The notes under the pieces were generated by a model. The model was not told the origin of the DNA, ran no database searches, and worked only from the letters and a program-made list of their open reading frames with translations. The position numbers and the translations under genes are program-made. Positions 12,929 to 27,400 of a stretch of 64,000 bases of DNA are shown here, in pieces. The stretch lies in contig OZ234493.1 of assembly GCA_965153455.1 (NCBI GenBank), positions 1,364,001 to 1,428,000 on the forward strand. The letters are read 5' to 3'. The DNA is from Sphagnum compactum. Taxonomy: Eukaryota. Within the stretch, counting starts at the first letter, position 1. Each line of letters begins with the position of its first letter.

Positions 12929-14930
12929 AACCTCTCTCTCTCTCTCTCCACTCCCAGAGTACCTGTGAAATTTTCCATAATGATTGTACTCTTTAAGTCT
13001 CTTCTTCTTCTTCCACAACAGATTGTGCTCTCTAGTGTTTCTGTCAGAACCTACCTGTGAGATTCCTTCCTCCACAAAGATGTGCTCTCTTCTTGTCTTC
13101 TTCACTCCATACCCTTGTGAGCTTCATCTTCCACAATGTGAAGGTTTAGGGTTTAGAGAATGGAGCTCTTTTCCTCAAGAAAGTGAGCATACTTGATGTT
13201 TCTCTATCTACCACACCTTTGTAACAACAGGAGCAGGAATTGTGAAGAGCCATGCATGCATGGCGATGGTATAGCACATCAGTGTGTTTCACCTCTTGCA
13301 ACAAAAACAATTGTGTCGTGTTGTTCTTGCCAGTCTTGGAAAACACTGTGAGGGTATACCTGTTACTCTCAACATCATCTTTGAGAGATAAAGCTGAGAG
13401 ACTTTCTATCCATTCATTGCCACTGAAGAAAAAACAAAACTGGGTCTTTACCGGCACAACTGGGTCGGGTAAAACAAAACTTATCTGCATCTTAAAAATG
13501 GGTGTTTTTTCTCCAGGTACTGCTGCTGCTCCTAAGTCTTTGGCAACAAATGTGCATTGAAAGAGATAAAGATCTCTGAGCTGCTCTAACCTCTCTCTAT
13601 ATTTTCTTCTTCCTCCAGTCGCTCCGCTTTTCCTTTTGCTGATGATGGGTGGTGGATGTGTCTGCCCACCCCCCGGTTGAAGGCGACCCAGTCCATTTCC
13701 ATGCTAAAATTTGACCTCCTCTGGTCGTTGTATCTCTGTGTGTGTGGTTGATCAAGAATCTCTGGGTGGGTGATCTGCCATTTCCACATAACTATCTGAG
13801 CTTCCCACTATGGGTTTCTCCTATGCTGAATGGCAAGCAATACAGAACAATACTTGATTAATGGCTGCCTGCTCCATCATTGTCATCTGGGTATGGTGCA
13901 TAAAACCTTGAATGCCATCCCAGTCCTCCTCACCATGATCACAATCATGGTTATGGTGGTGATGCTATGTGTCTGCTTGCTTGCTTGCCATCGTCATCTT
14001 TCTCACTATCGTTACATTTTTTGTTCTCAACTTCTTCCTCTTGACAAGGATTCCCCGATTGGCAATTGGCAGATTTCTTCTTCTTCTGCATACACTCATG
14101 ACATGTCTGCTCTCACTCTACTTTCTCCTTTGTGTTACGAGCTGACTGTAAAAACCATGGGTTTTGAAACATGGACAAACTGCCTCCAGCCATGCTGCCA
14201 ACCTCAGTTCTCAATCTTTTTCTGCATGGTCTGTATGTATGTACCAGCCACCTCTTCTACTCTCTCTACTTTGCACCATTTTGTTGAACTTGCATTTTCA
14301 CTTACAGTTTTTTTTTCTTTATCCTAAAATTCTCTAACACTCAGTGTTTTGTCTCTCAGAACCAATAATAAAGCACACAGTCATCACCTAAATTGCAACG
14401 CAGTCACAACCACTGACTTGACTGTTCACCAACAAGAGAAAACCAAGGATCATCAGCAGACTGGACTTAGAATATCCTTTGTAGTAGTCCCTCCACATGG
14501 ATCAAAAGCATAGGCATACATACTAGCAGAGAACTTGCCTCATATCTTCTTCCTTGTGTGTAACTCTCTCCTGCAGCCTCTCATCCATGCATATTCAGAA
14601 GCAGACAAAAGAGCAGCTGGAATGTTCTTCTTCAACTGTGCTCTCAAGAGAACTATGTCAATTGCAGCAGCATTTTTGTCAAGTGTCCTCTCATCTGCCT
14701 CGTCAGCCCTGGCATCTTTCATTTCCACCACCCTTCCTCTTCCCCTCCCTCGCTCATTCCCTCCCACCTTACTCCACCATTCAACCCAGAGACTTGTTTC
14801 CTCCCACTCTAGACAAAAAGCCTTCCTGCCTCTTGCAATTTGAACTGATGAAGAAGATCCTTCTCAAAAAAGCAATGCAATGTTTAAACCCAACTGGTTT
14901 TTCGTCTGGGCAGGCTTTGAATTATCACCC

Positions 14931-17900
14931 TCACCACCTGGCTCTACTAGCACTTTCCAGAAATTCATCCCACCTTGCTGATTGCAGCACTTCTGTACAA
15001 TTCTGCTCGGGTGGTTCTGTGTGATGAACTGCTTCTGGGTCTTCAATTGCTCTAATCCATCCTGTACAACAATGCAAAGTGGCAGCTGATCAGCAAAGTA
15101 GATGCAAAAAAAGATCAAGTACTCACACCCACAAGTCTTCCATCACTTCTGGAGCAAGGTACTCAAGGTCAATAGAATCTTTGAACCCGGGAAAGACAGA
15201 CAACCCATTTGGAAGACAGACAGGCAGACAGAACATGATCTGATTCCAGTAACAAAATGCCATTCAATTTCAAGCTGAAGCTCATCACAGAAACAAGATC
15301 AACAAAGGCCACTGGACTGCACAGAAGCTTACTCATGTAATGGCAGTCTAGCGCTTCTGTGATCCAAGCTGAATGACTCACTATTGCAGCATCTTCACAT
15401 TTGTTCTCAACAGAAGCAGGTCCTTTGTCAGGGCTGTTCACATCTGCCTCCTCATCTGAATCGTAAGGGGCACACCCATCAGCCTGTTCAGAATGAAAAT
15501 GCTCAACACCTGCCTCACAATCTTCTAGACAGCCTTCCTCATGCAATGTCGACTCAGTTTCAGCCACCTTGTGGTGGTCACCAGAACTAGCGTGTAGTAG
15601 ACCTTGTTGGTCTGGCTCAGTTTTTTCATTGCTATGCTCAACTCTTCTCTCATTGCTGCTGCTGCTGCTGCTGCTGCTGCAAGCCTCTAGACAACAACTC
15701 TCTTCCTCCCCCGCCTCAAAATCTTCTTCTTTCCTTCCCTTCAACACTGAACTTGCATTCCTATCCTCGGCAACCACCAATTGCATTCTTACACTGCCAC
15801 CAGTAGGTGAGTTGGTGGTGCCTGCAGTAACATTTTCATTAACAGTAGAACCTCTCAAGGAAGAGTCTTCTGTATGCTCACCACCACTGGAGCGAACGGG
15901 TCGCCACACTTTCGCAGCAGCCAAGAATCGTCCTGTGACACTGAGCCAGGATCCTTGCTTCAGCAAGCCTCCTTGTTCCCTACGCTCCACAGCAGGCCCA
16001 GCATGATACTTGAGATGCTTGGGTGCAAGGCTCATGAGAGGGAAATGATGCCTGGGTGAAGCACCTCTATAACAATGACTTGAACCTGCAAAAAACTCCT
16101 TGGAGTGTTCATCAAGAGTGGTGTCTGCAATGTCCAGGCTACCAGATCCCATATCATATAGGTGATGGGTGTTGCCACCATCCATTTCTTGAGTGTGCTT
16201 CAGAGCAGCAGGGGCTGCAAGCACCGCTGTGTAGGAAGGACTGCCAACTTGCGCCCATGACAAGGAAGGAGAAGAACAAGACCTTCCAACACCAGCTCGT
16301 GATGTGACACTGGGTTGTGCTGCAAACTTACCAAGAGGCACACTTAATGAGCCTACCAGAACATCTGGACTGACACCACACCTTTCAACCTGCCCTTCTT
16401 CCAGCTTCAGAAGTTCTTCAGGACAAGGGACACTTCCACCCTCTGGTTCAATGGAATTTGCAGCCAAAACCAATACACTTGTGGGTTTAGGATCACATGC
16501 AGTGCTCGCACCAGACCTATGGGGTAGGCATGGCCAGTCTTCAGAATTTGTGTCCAGATGGAACCTGTTTGAAGGCATACTGCTCATGCTGCTGACAATG
16601 CCTCCAAAAGTTGCTGGCAGCACAGCAGGCATGGCCTCCCTCTTCTCAAGGTTTCTGCTCTCCTCCTTGGGTGCTTTGCTAGTGATCAATAGTAAGTCCT
16701 CATCTAAAGCGTGAGATTGTTCAGGAAACAACTCCATGGTCTTGTGAAGCATACTTGCAGCCACAAAACTCTTTTCACTCTCATCATCGAGACTCTCGGT
16801 TGCAGAGTCCACTGCAGCAGGCTGTTGGGTCTTCCTTGTCCATGCAACATGGGGACTCCCACACAAAGGAACACTTCTATTCATCACAGGCTTGCTCCAG
16901 TATGGCCGTGGAGTAGGAGCTCCAAACCAAAAACTAGCTGCAGATCCAGAGTTTGCTGAATACACAGAACCAGCACTACTTGTTGGCTTTCGAAATGGCT
17001 TGAAGGACATGCTCTGAGATCCTTCAAAATATTTGGACTCTATGCTACGAGAATCCCTCCCAGTCCTATTGGAAACAGATGACTGTAGGTATTCTTCAGC
17101 ACTTGCGTGGTCCTTGATAGCCCTTCCAACTTTGGGCTCCAATTCTTGCCTCTTGAACTCCATGCTCGATTTTTGTTGCTCCACTGTCAGGCAGACAAGA
17201 CCATTCTCACCTGACTCCATTTGGACAAGACCCTGAGAATCTTCAGAAATACCCAACGCTTTTCCATCAAAGGGAGCCCGAGCCTGCTCAAGCTGCTGTG
17301 TTGTTCCCTCTTCCATGGTTGCTTTAGAGCAGAGCAATCCATCCATGCAGCAGACATGCAAAGCAGTCTGATCAACCTCATCACGACATTCCTGTTCGTC
17401 ATCTCGACCTAAGTCTTTGTGAGAAGCTTGTGAGTCAATCAATTCCTTCTGCATTTGTAGTAGTGTAGGCTCTTTGGTGCATACATCCTCCCCTGCAAAC
17501 ACCTCCCCATCTCTGCCCATCACCTCTTGTCCAGCTTGTTCACAAATCTCAATTTCCAGAGACTCTGCCAGGTTAGGTTCACATCCACCCAAGGAACCAA
17601 GTGATGTTGAACTAGCTGTGGGAGAATCGTCTTCCTCAACAATCTCAGCAGATGGACCCTCCTCGTCCATTGAGTCATTTTCCAACTCATGAATAGCTAG
17701 TTGAGAAACACTTCCTTTCCGCTCCTTCAATCCCTTTTGCCTTGATTTCTTCTTCTTCTTCTTCTGAAAATGCCTTTCACGCCTGCAAAAAGAACATCCA
17801 GATAAGCTCCACAGATCCTCTCAGATGCAACAGATGCAAGAGAGTGAGATCTCTCACATGCTACAAATTGGAAACACCTTCACCCCCACACATATGAATA

Positions 17901-20900
17901 CAATAACAGCATATGTGTAATTGTGTACTAAATTACAGAAGATAGACTCTTGCTTGGGGGGGGTGGGGGAAGAAGAGCCCTCTGCAAAATAGACCACAAT
18001 GGGTTGGTCCCCAACTTGTAAAATCAGCAGAACAAGATAGGAAGTGAATATGTGCAACCCGAAAGGGTAAAAATGATTAGGGCAAGAAAGAAAAAAAGAG
18101 ATGACATCTTGCCCCAATAAAACCCTAAAAAAGGATGAATTTGGTGTAATACATGAAAAAAAGACCATTGTTAGGTGAGATGGGTTTTGGAGCCTAGCAC
18201 CCACTTCATTTGTGCAGCTTCTTCTTCTTTCACCAATTCTTGCTGGTTCCGCAGGGCTTCAGCTTCCTTGTCAGCCATCCAAGCCTTCACCTGTAAACAG
18301 GAATCCCACACATAAGCCATAGACAAGCAATTTATTCCATTGTAATATAAGATCCTTGTTGATCATCTAACTAATGGAATGCAAGTCCTGATTTTGTGAA
18401 AAGAATCTCCAATCCAAGGTCAAAGATTTAATGGACTGACCACTGTAGTATACGGCAGGAATCCCTGGAAACCAAAAAACACAAGACCCAACTAAGACAA
18501 ATCAAACAAAAATGAAGTCAGGGTGAAAATTGATGAAAACACTCTAGTTGAGAAGAAAAGCAGAGAGACCAATTTTCATAGTAAATTCCATGAAAAATCT
18601 AAAACAGTTTCAGGTGTACTGGCTACAGCACACACTTGTACGTAGGCAATGAGGGCATGTAAAGAGCAAACATTGATTGAAATTTGAGCCAACTTTGAAG
18701 AACCCATCAAGGCCAGATAAAACAGTTGAAAATTCAATGACAACCTTATTATATGTCTAGACTCAAAATTCGAGCCTAAAAGAAAGATGTCTTCCTAAAG
18801 GTACCAGACATCTTCCACTTGAAAGAAACCTATTCCAGACAAGCTCTGGGAACAGGAAGTAAAAAGACATCCAAAGTCTCAGAGCAAAGCACAGACACCC
18901 AATGGACAAGAAAGAACAAACCAAAAGTTCAGAGCAAAGCTCAGACACCCAATGTACAAGAAAGAAAAAACTAAAACTACACAAGACAATGAACTACAGG
19001 CTTCAGCAAAAGCATTCCAAGAATATGACAGGAAATTGTGATAAGCTTACCAGTGTCTGCTCAAGAATAAAACTTAGAGAAGCAATCAAGTTCTTCTCTT
19101 CACGCTGAATCTTGCCAGCGTCTCCTTGATACACATACTTTTGTACAGCAAGAGGAGGCTCACCACACAAGAATGTCTTCTCACTTGCTTCATCAAGAAC
19201 ATTGAGCAACTGTTCTGAAGCCAAAGGGAAAACTCCTCTATTATTTTCCACAATTTCCTGAAATGCAGGGCAAATAACAGAACATCACAAAGACTTTCTA
19301 TGAGTAAAGAAATCTCAACAAAACTACAGCAAAAAATAAATCTCTTCACTCTGCAACTTTTAGGAGATGGTCATTATGACAGCCTTACACTTTCCAACGA
19401 AAATTTGCAATTCGCAGCAGCAGCAACTACAACAATGCAGTCCAATACTATCCCAAGTATAGCAGAAAAACCAATCAACTTACAAGCAGCTCTTGCCCGG
19501 CTTTGATATAAGCATGTGGGAGGGACTTCGCACTAGCCTGATTCATGAAAACAGCCAGGGCACCTACAGCAGATTGCCCTGATAGATCCTGTAAAAAAAA
19601 ACCCCCGCACGTGCCTTAACTTACAGCTGCAGCTTCCAAAATGATCCTCCTATTTATCTGGCACAAATAGATATGGAAGCAGTTCTGACCATGTGAAAAG
19701 CAACCCAAGACTTAATTGTGAACATAGATCCAAGGGGATGATATCAGAGGGGGAGCTTGCAGAAAGAACAACTGGCTACAAGAGATGATAAGAAACACCC
19801 AATTTGGCAGTTGAACATGATGGGTTTCCAATCAGTTACCAGAGCAATCAATTGAGAGGACCATCACATACCTCTAATTCACAATTCTTTGAAGACACGA
19901 TATGTTGAGCCTCCTCAGGCGATAACTGCACAATATCATGATTCCCTTTAAAGCTACCGCCCATCTCTTACTATGTGTCCACAACCACAACAGCAGGACG
20001 CCCATAGAAAGTTTTCTCAATAGGACATAATTCTCTCAGTGATCAGCAATGTCTATGAGCTTTCCAGAGAGAGCTTTCACAACAACAAACACTTTGAAAA
20101 TAAACACAGAAAAGAAATGAGTGTGGTTGCAACCTCATGAGCATTAATCATCTCACAAAGTATCAGTGTCAGACCCATCACATTCATCATGAATGGAAGT
20201 GACCCAACTGCCCATTCATAACTCCCATGGACTTCCTTTGGTTCCCAAGATGGGGTTAAGGATAACTAGGAAATAATCTGTCCAAAACTTCAGGCAAAAG
20301 TAGTAGACATCTGCATCCTGAGTTTCTGTCATCATTTCTGTAAAGCAAAATGGGAAGGATGGATGCACCTTGTCCCAGAATGTGGCTATATGTTTCCTTT
20401 TCATACTCAAGTCCTCCTGTGTGGAAAATACAAGAAAGTAAGTGCAACAATTTCACCAATCATATTGTGGACACAACACACTCAGGCACTTTTCCAAACT
20501 GCATGGAGAAGAAGTCTGTACCACAGTCCCAAGTATGACTTTCCAGTTGGATGCCTCACTTTGTCCCCACTGGATTGAGGGCTATGTTTTGAGGTTACAA
20601 GAGAAATCTCTCGATGATGATCCAGGAAATGATAAGTTTGTGCTTGAGAGCCATTTTTTTCTTGTGAAAGGGTTGGATTTCTAAATCTGCAAAAGTCCTG
20701 CTGCTTCTGAGGAAGTTTAGTTCGGGTGGAAGAGATGGGATTCCAAAAACATTTTGCGACAGCCAGAGGCAGCAAGTACCTTATCAAGATGAGAGCTTCG
20801 CCGATGCATACGGCTGTGTCTGCAATGATTGAACGGAGAGCAAAACTCACGAGTGCATTTGTCACATTTCTGCAGTTGCACTTTTGAGGGTGATAGCAAT

Positions 20901-22370
20901 GGCCACCCTGGCAAATCTGTAAGATTTCCAGGACAGGAGGAGTATGTTCCCCTTGCTAAATTTCCAGATGCATGAAAAGGGAGGATAGATTCGCTACCAT
21001 CATTTGTTCATTCAATCTGACAACAGCCCCCCACACTTAAGTACATGGTTTTTTGTGGGCATCAGCACTCTCTTACCTCTGAGAGTAGCCAATACCCACA
21101 ACAAAATTGCACCTCAAGAGCGCAAAAAATACTTTACCCAGAAGACATGAAGACTAATTCCATACAGTAACATCAAAACAATGCAGTAGGTACATGCCCA
21201 AGGAATAGGCTTCTGATACATCAATGACACATGTAAAAGGAATTTCATCTCACCAGTAGCTTTAGCTGCAGCTGCAGCTTGAGCAAACGCAGCCATTGCT
21301 TGTGGAACAGTTTTAAGACTGTGCAGATTCCTATCTCCAGATCCCTGCAAGCCTGCCCTCCCCTGCAAGGTCCCAGCGGCCTTTGACCTGCTGCTGATCA
21401 TTTCTAATTCTCCCGAGTGAAGATCTGCTGCACCTGTGCTCTCCTCAAAACTCTCCTCTCTCATCTTCAAGCCCAGTTCTTCAATGTTCAGACTTTTGGG
21501 AATCTTGTTAACAGCAGCAGCAGCCACCTGATCAAAAGCATCTGGCCAAATGGTACATTGTGCAGCAGGCTTGTCACCTGGTCTGTTTGTGAAGGACATG
21601 CATGGTTCCCAGCCAATTGTCTGGCGTATGAGCATATCGAGTGACTTCCTGTCAGACTCAGCTATATCCTTGGCTCGTAAATCCTCTAGAGATGAATGTT
21701 CAACCCCTTTCTTGCCTGTCACTTTTCCAGCTGCCTGTACACTCAACTCTTTTTCTGATTGCATGCTTTTACCTTTCACCTCCTTGGAAACCTTTTTCCC
21801 TAACAACTTCTGCTGCTTTGTTTCCAAGCCACTAGCAACTCCAACATCATTGCTATGCACACTCGATGACCCAGTGTTCCTATCATCATTTGCTACTACT
21901 ACTTCACCACCTCTGTCATCAGGAAAGCATGCCTTTTGGATGTCGACTTTACAACCTCTGTGCCTCCTTACCCCAGGCACTTCTGCTACTTCCCTCTCCT
22001 GGACAGGTGAGCTGGATTTGCCCTCCTCCCCTCCTACAAAAATCTCTTTCTCTGAACTAGACCTTACAAAAGGACCTAGTACATAATCCGACAGGGGCTT
22101 CCCTTTTTCGATGTCAACAAAAGGGTAATCTTTGCCATCACTGAGAGGTAGAAATTTTATTGAGGAGTCACCGGCCATAGCATCCAGGTAATCTCCAACT
22201 TCAGACAAACCTTCTTTACATGGCTCACCCAAATCCTTGGATTCTTCCCTTGCAACAAGGAGACCCAATTTCCCAGTTAGAAGTCCTGCTTCAAGCTCTC
22301 CAAATGCAGCAGCTCTGCTAATGTCTTGTTTCTGTTCCTTGCTCTTTTTGTTATCAGTCACCATCATCAT
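14931..22370 (-). CDS. C2H2-type zinc-finger protein, AT4G25610/AT5G52010-like family; exons 22370-21254, 20916-20780, 20416-20369, 19925-19872, 19588-19484, 19257-19051, 18290-18205, 17782-15333, 15061-14931
   Basis: The spliced protein contains DLPGWPLLSPSKVQLQKCDKCTREFCSPFNHCRHSRMH (CxxC-x12-HxxxH), IATFWDKLS, LDEASEKTFLCG and VKAWMADKEAEALRNQQELVKEEEAAQ. It also has the short motifs WTRK, VLVGSLSV, KVWRPV and a terminal RWIRAI, which I recall from this family. The last junction (ATG A|GTAAGC ... CAG|GA TGG) is the least certain. Confidence 0.8.
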
Positions 22371-24303
22371 ACCTGTATAAAAGCTGCAACAGAAATTGCA
22401 GGATCAGTCATCAGCAAAGACACATTGACTCACACATAGAATACACATCAACATGATTACAACTCCACAAGATACACTGCAAGGGTAACCAAATAAGTAT
22501 TGTGTCAGTTTCAGTGAAACCAAACAAACCCAACAAGGATGATGAGTGCAGCCAGAACCTTGTGAATGTCACTCACAAATTATCAGACCCTTTGTCACCT
22601 TCTCTGCGTATGAAGACAAAAATCCTGAATTCTTGGATGAATTCTTGGAGCTGGAGGTTTTCCACTACCTTTGCACCAAAGCCTTCAGTTGTCAGACCTT
22701 GCCATCTAAGATCCCCTGAGGCCAACTTGATCACAAGACTTGTAGTAGTCATAAAAGACTACTCTGTTTTTTCCTGAAAAACCACCCTTCACATCTGACC
22801 TCCATTTGCTAGGTTTAACAATCAAGCTGCCTGCTCCAGAAGTCACATTACCTCACAGATTGAGCAAAAACCTCACTTCTGCTGCTTGTGAATTGTACCA
22901 GTATCACGTGGAATGTTCAAAAGTATGAGCCCTGTTTTCCTGCTGCACATTCTTGAGAGCACCTGACACTTTGCATGTGAGTTGTGACCCAATTGCTCCT
23001 AACACACATTTTACTGCATTTGGGAGCCATGCCAGAGCTGGGTGGGAAGGTCTCATCAACACACCCTGAATGAAGGCTCACCAACCACAGATAACATTCA
23101 AATAGGTTGCAAGAAGAAGCATTCATTCGACACATTCAAATCGGGTCCGAAAAACTGGTGACAAGTGTGCAATGCTCAGAAACACAGTTCCTTGTGGTGG
23201 CTTCGCCACAATACTCCTGATCAGGTTCACTAGCTCCAAACTGCAGCAAAACACAAAACAGTCCCAAAAATTCAATGGAATAGGGGAAGAATAATCATGG
23301 GAACAACAACATGACATCCAAGGGGAGTGGTAACTGACAGCATCCTTTTGCACCAAGCCATGGCCAATGCAATAAAGGCAAAGGGTATTTGAAGATAAAC
23401 AAACTGTCGAAAGGATCCATGATGGAGCAGCTTCTAATTACACAATCTCCTAAACCTGAGAAAAACCAAATATGCCTGCTGTTTGTGCACCCAGTTTCTT
23501 TGTATACATCCTGGTTGTGCTTATCTGCTCTGGTGGTGGATCTGCAGTGTCATTCCTTAAGATTTGTCTTTGTGTGCAATGTGGGTTTCAATGCCTAGGT
23601 CGTCATCATCATCACCATTTGGATCCAGAGGCATCCATGAGGATCATCAATTCAGAGGAGCAAGAAGGGATTTGAAGCAATTCTACGAGGATCAAATTCA
23701 GAGCAGCAAGAAGGGATTTGAAGCAATAACTAACCGCACCCTGTCTGTGTGTGCGTGTGTGTGTGTGTGTGTGTGTGGGTGTGAGAGAGAGAGAGAGATC
23801 CGTCACATACCCACCAAGAAGTATCCCTTGTTCTTGTTCTTGTCCGCAAAAGCTTTCATCAAACGACAGATACAACGCCCTGGAAGAAATTCTGCTTCTT
23901 TGGCTCCCTCCTCCTCTACCGCTTCGTAATCCTCCTTCTCGTTCTCCTCCTTCACTCCTTCTCCTGCCAAGAGCTTGAGTCCCGATCCACCGCCTTGATT
24001 TATTTCGCAACAAGCGACAACAGCATCGACAAAGCTACTCGCATTTTATTTGGGGTCCTAGATCTAGTAGAGCACAAATGAGGAGGAGGAGGAGGAGGAA
24101 GAGGAGGAGCACGAAAGCCAAAGAGCACAACACTTTCTTTCAGAACCCAAAAGTCCGTTTGGGTGTACATTCTTCTGCAAAGAAAAGAGCGGAAGGAAGA
24201 CAGAAAAAAATACTTGTCGATAGCAATTCCAACAGAAGAGACAACCGCCCAAATCTGCCAAGACACAGCCACGGGCCGACGCCAACCAAAACCAAAACCG
24301 AGA

Positions 24304-24315
<12 letters not shown>

Positions 24316-24337
<22 letters not shown>

Positions 24338-24357
24338 AGAGGAGAAGGGACGGACAC

Positions 24358-24405
<48 letters not shown>
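24316..24405. repeat. (GA)n microsatellites, read as CT-rich tracts on the minus strand, in the 5' region of the zinc-finger gene
   Basis: GA runs at 24316-24337 and 24360-24405. A (TG)n(GA)n tract also occurs at ~23744-23797. Confidence 0.9.
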
Positions 24406-24408
<3 letters not shown>

Positions 24409-27400
24409 GGGAGAATGATACCCTCCGGGTATCTCCGGGGGCGTCTCGCGCTGCCACGGAGCCCCAACCGCCCTGGGGGTGGGAATCGGGGGGACTGTCA
24501 CATTTGGTACATAACCGCCGGATCTATCTAATAAGCACACATAGAGGGAGAACACAGCTGATTTGGCCCACTTTTGGCAGTTTTTTTTTTTTTTTTTCCT
24601 CTTATTTTGTTTTTTGTATTTTGTTTTTTCCTCTTATTTTTTTTTGTTTTTAAATTATTAAATTATTAAACAAGAGTCATTAAATTATTTTCAGCCCTAG
24701 AGGTATAATATGGTGCAATATAATAAAAAGATATTTTTATGTATATATATAAATTGTATTTAAGATATATATGAAAACTTAATAAATATATATATTTGCA
24801 TGTGTATTTTTGTGCATATTTATGTATATTGTTTCATATATGGAATCTAAAATTTGATATTTTAATTCTAAGAAATTATTATGTGAACTCAAAAATTGTT
24901 ATTTGAATCTGAAATTTGATATTTGAATTTTTAAAAAATTATTTGAATACAAAAAAAATGATCTTTGGAGTCAAATTTTATTATTTTAATTGAATTTTAA
25001 ATTTTAATTGAAATTTTTTTAAAATTCTTAACTTAAAATTCAACAAAATGGATATAATTAGGAAATAAACTAAACTAAACATAACTTAAGTACCTAGCTT
25101 AACCTGGTCTAACCTAACATAGTTAATCCATTAATATTTGTTAGTTAATATGAAATTGTTAATACATGCGACTAGGCTACAATTAGATTGCAACTAAATT
25201 TTTAAAATTAATTAACACTAATAATTACTTTCAAGTCTTTGAATAATATTTTTGTCATTAAAAATACATCATTAAATTGTTACTTTTATTTTTTTATTAA
25301 TGTTGTCTTCCTATTAATTACCTTCTTATTTTAGCTCCCTATTTATTATAAATAACTTATTAGTGTAATTACTTTCTTGATGTAATTTTTTTGTATTTTA
25401 ATTACCTTCCTAGTACAACTATCATTCAATAAACTATTAAGGTTTAGAGAGAATTTTTTATTAAAATAAATTAAACAAAAAAAAGAAATATAACATTTTC
25501 CATCAAATCAATATTAAACATTATCTTTTATATTAAAAATTCAAGACAAAAAAATGTTTCTTAAACCTTCAACTAAAAATTCATTATGTTTTTTTTCCAC
25601 ATAAGTATAATTTTTTTCTTTCATTTCACACACACCAATTTTTTTAGTATAACACACATAGAATAATAAAGATTGAGAAAAATGAAAGAATGAGGGAATG
25701 ATGTCAATAAATAATAAGGAACTACAATTGATTTTTGAACACACATATCTTTTTTTTTTAATTCTTCTTATTTTAGTTTCCTGCACATATCTTAGTTAAT
25801 ATCAAATTACATTATCTTTTAGAAATTAACTAGTTTAGTGTTTTCATCCCATATTAAATAAATAATGATAAATATGAACATATCATTGATAATTAAATAA
25901 TTATTAAAGTACTTTATACATTAGTTAAACTAAAAATTTCCTTGCTAATGATATTACCATGATATAACATTTTCATTTAAATTTTTATTTATTTATTTTT
26001 TGTGATGGTAATCACAATTAATTAATAAAAAGGGTTTCCCATTCAATTATTTACATGTGAACAAACAAGTGAACATTAATCAAAGACTTTTGAATAAATT
26101 TATTTATCAATATTTTATCATGTTTTTATTAGACATTATATTTTATTGCACAACAAATTAAATTAATTCGGGCCAATAAGAAAAATAATTTACACATAGG
26201 GACAAATTTAAAATTACCTCCACCATATTATGAGAAGGATTATATTTAGTAAAATATTATTTCAACGTGTAATTAATTATTATTAACTTTTTCTTGAAAC
26301 ATATATTTGTAATTATTTAATTATAATATTTCAAAATAATATATAATGAATGTGAAATAAGTCTAAGCCAAAATATGAAAGAATATGAAACCATAAATTT
26401 GTTAAGAAAATATTATAATATTCTTCCAAAAAATTATCCATTAAACCATTTGATTCATTTTCCTTCTCATGATGTTTGATTGGTTCAATCACATATATAA
26501 AAAAACAATTTCACATATATGTCTACACATGTTTTCAATTGAATTGTCGAAAACAAATGAATATTAAATAACGTTCCAATACTTTTAAGTTTAAAATAAA
26601 TAACTTGATATGAACAATAACATTGAACATGATGACATGATGATTGAAATTCATAGTTCATTTATACTTCACACATAATTATTTTGTAGATCGTTTATTA
26701 TTAATTCATAATTCACTATTAGATAGGTCCCAAAGGTATATAAATGAAACCCTTAATTAAATTTAGTATGTTCAACACCAATTCCCAAGTACGATTTTAT
26801 TTCATAATTTTATTCTATTCCTTTTTTATTTTCATTTTATATTTTATCACAATAAAAAAAATTACACTTTTGTTTTGCACATTTTATATTTTTGTTTCTA
26901 AATTTTTGTGTTTTTGTCACGTTTTTACATTCCGTGTTTGGATTTAAATTGAGGTTTTTTTTTTTCATCATTTGTTTTTGTGATTATTATGTTTATGACA
27001 AAACTATCCATTTGGTATCACAAACTAATATAGATTTACACCCCACCCAAACATCTACTAGATCTTATCATTACATTTTTCAAATTTTTTTCATAATCAT
27101 TATCAAACCATTTTCCAAAATTGATGCGTTTTCAAATTTATAAATTAAATTAACACATTCTCTAAGTGGAATTTAATGTTATGAATTTGTTCACGCATGA
27201 TTTCGCGTATTAACTATGAACATTTATGTATGACATTCAAAAATAATGTCTCATTCATTTGATATTTAAGATATTGAATATATATAAATATTGCTCATAT
27301 TAACCATAACATAAAATTAATGTGTTTTTTGTATGAACTTATGAAAATCAAATTTCACACAAATTTGTACAAACATATGAAAGTTAAAATTTGTGATGAA

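Noticed and set aside
13146..14843. ORFs of 67-165 aa between the zinc-finger gene and SQD2, including GTTGSGKT in 13252-13560
   Set aside because: The Walker-A-like string (GxxGxGKT) has no accompanying NTPase context. The region reads as 3' UTR or promoter.
23564..24653. Long ORFs with RERE/SLSL runs
   Set aside because: Artefacts of GA/TG microsatellites in the 5' leader.
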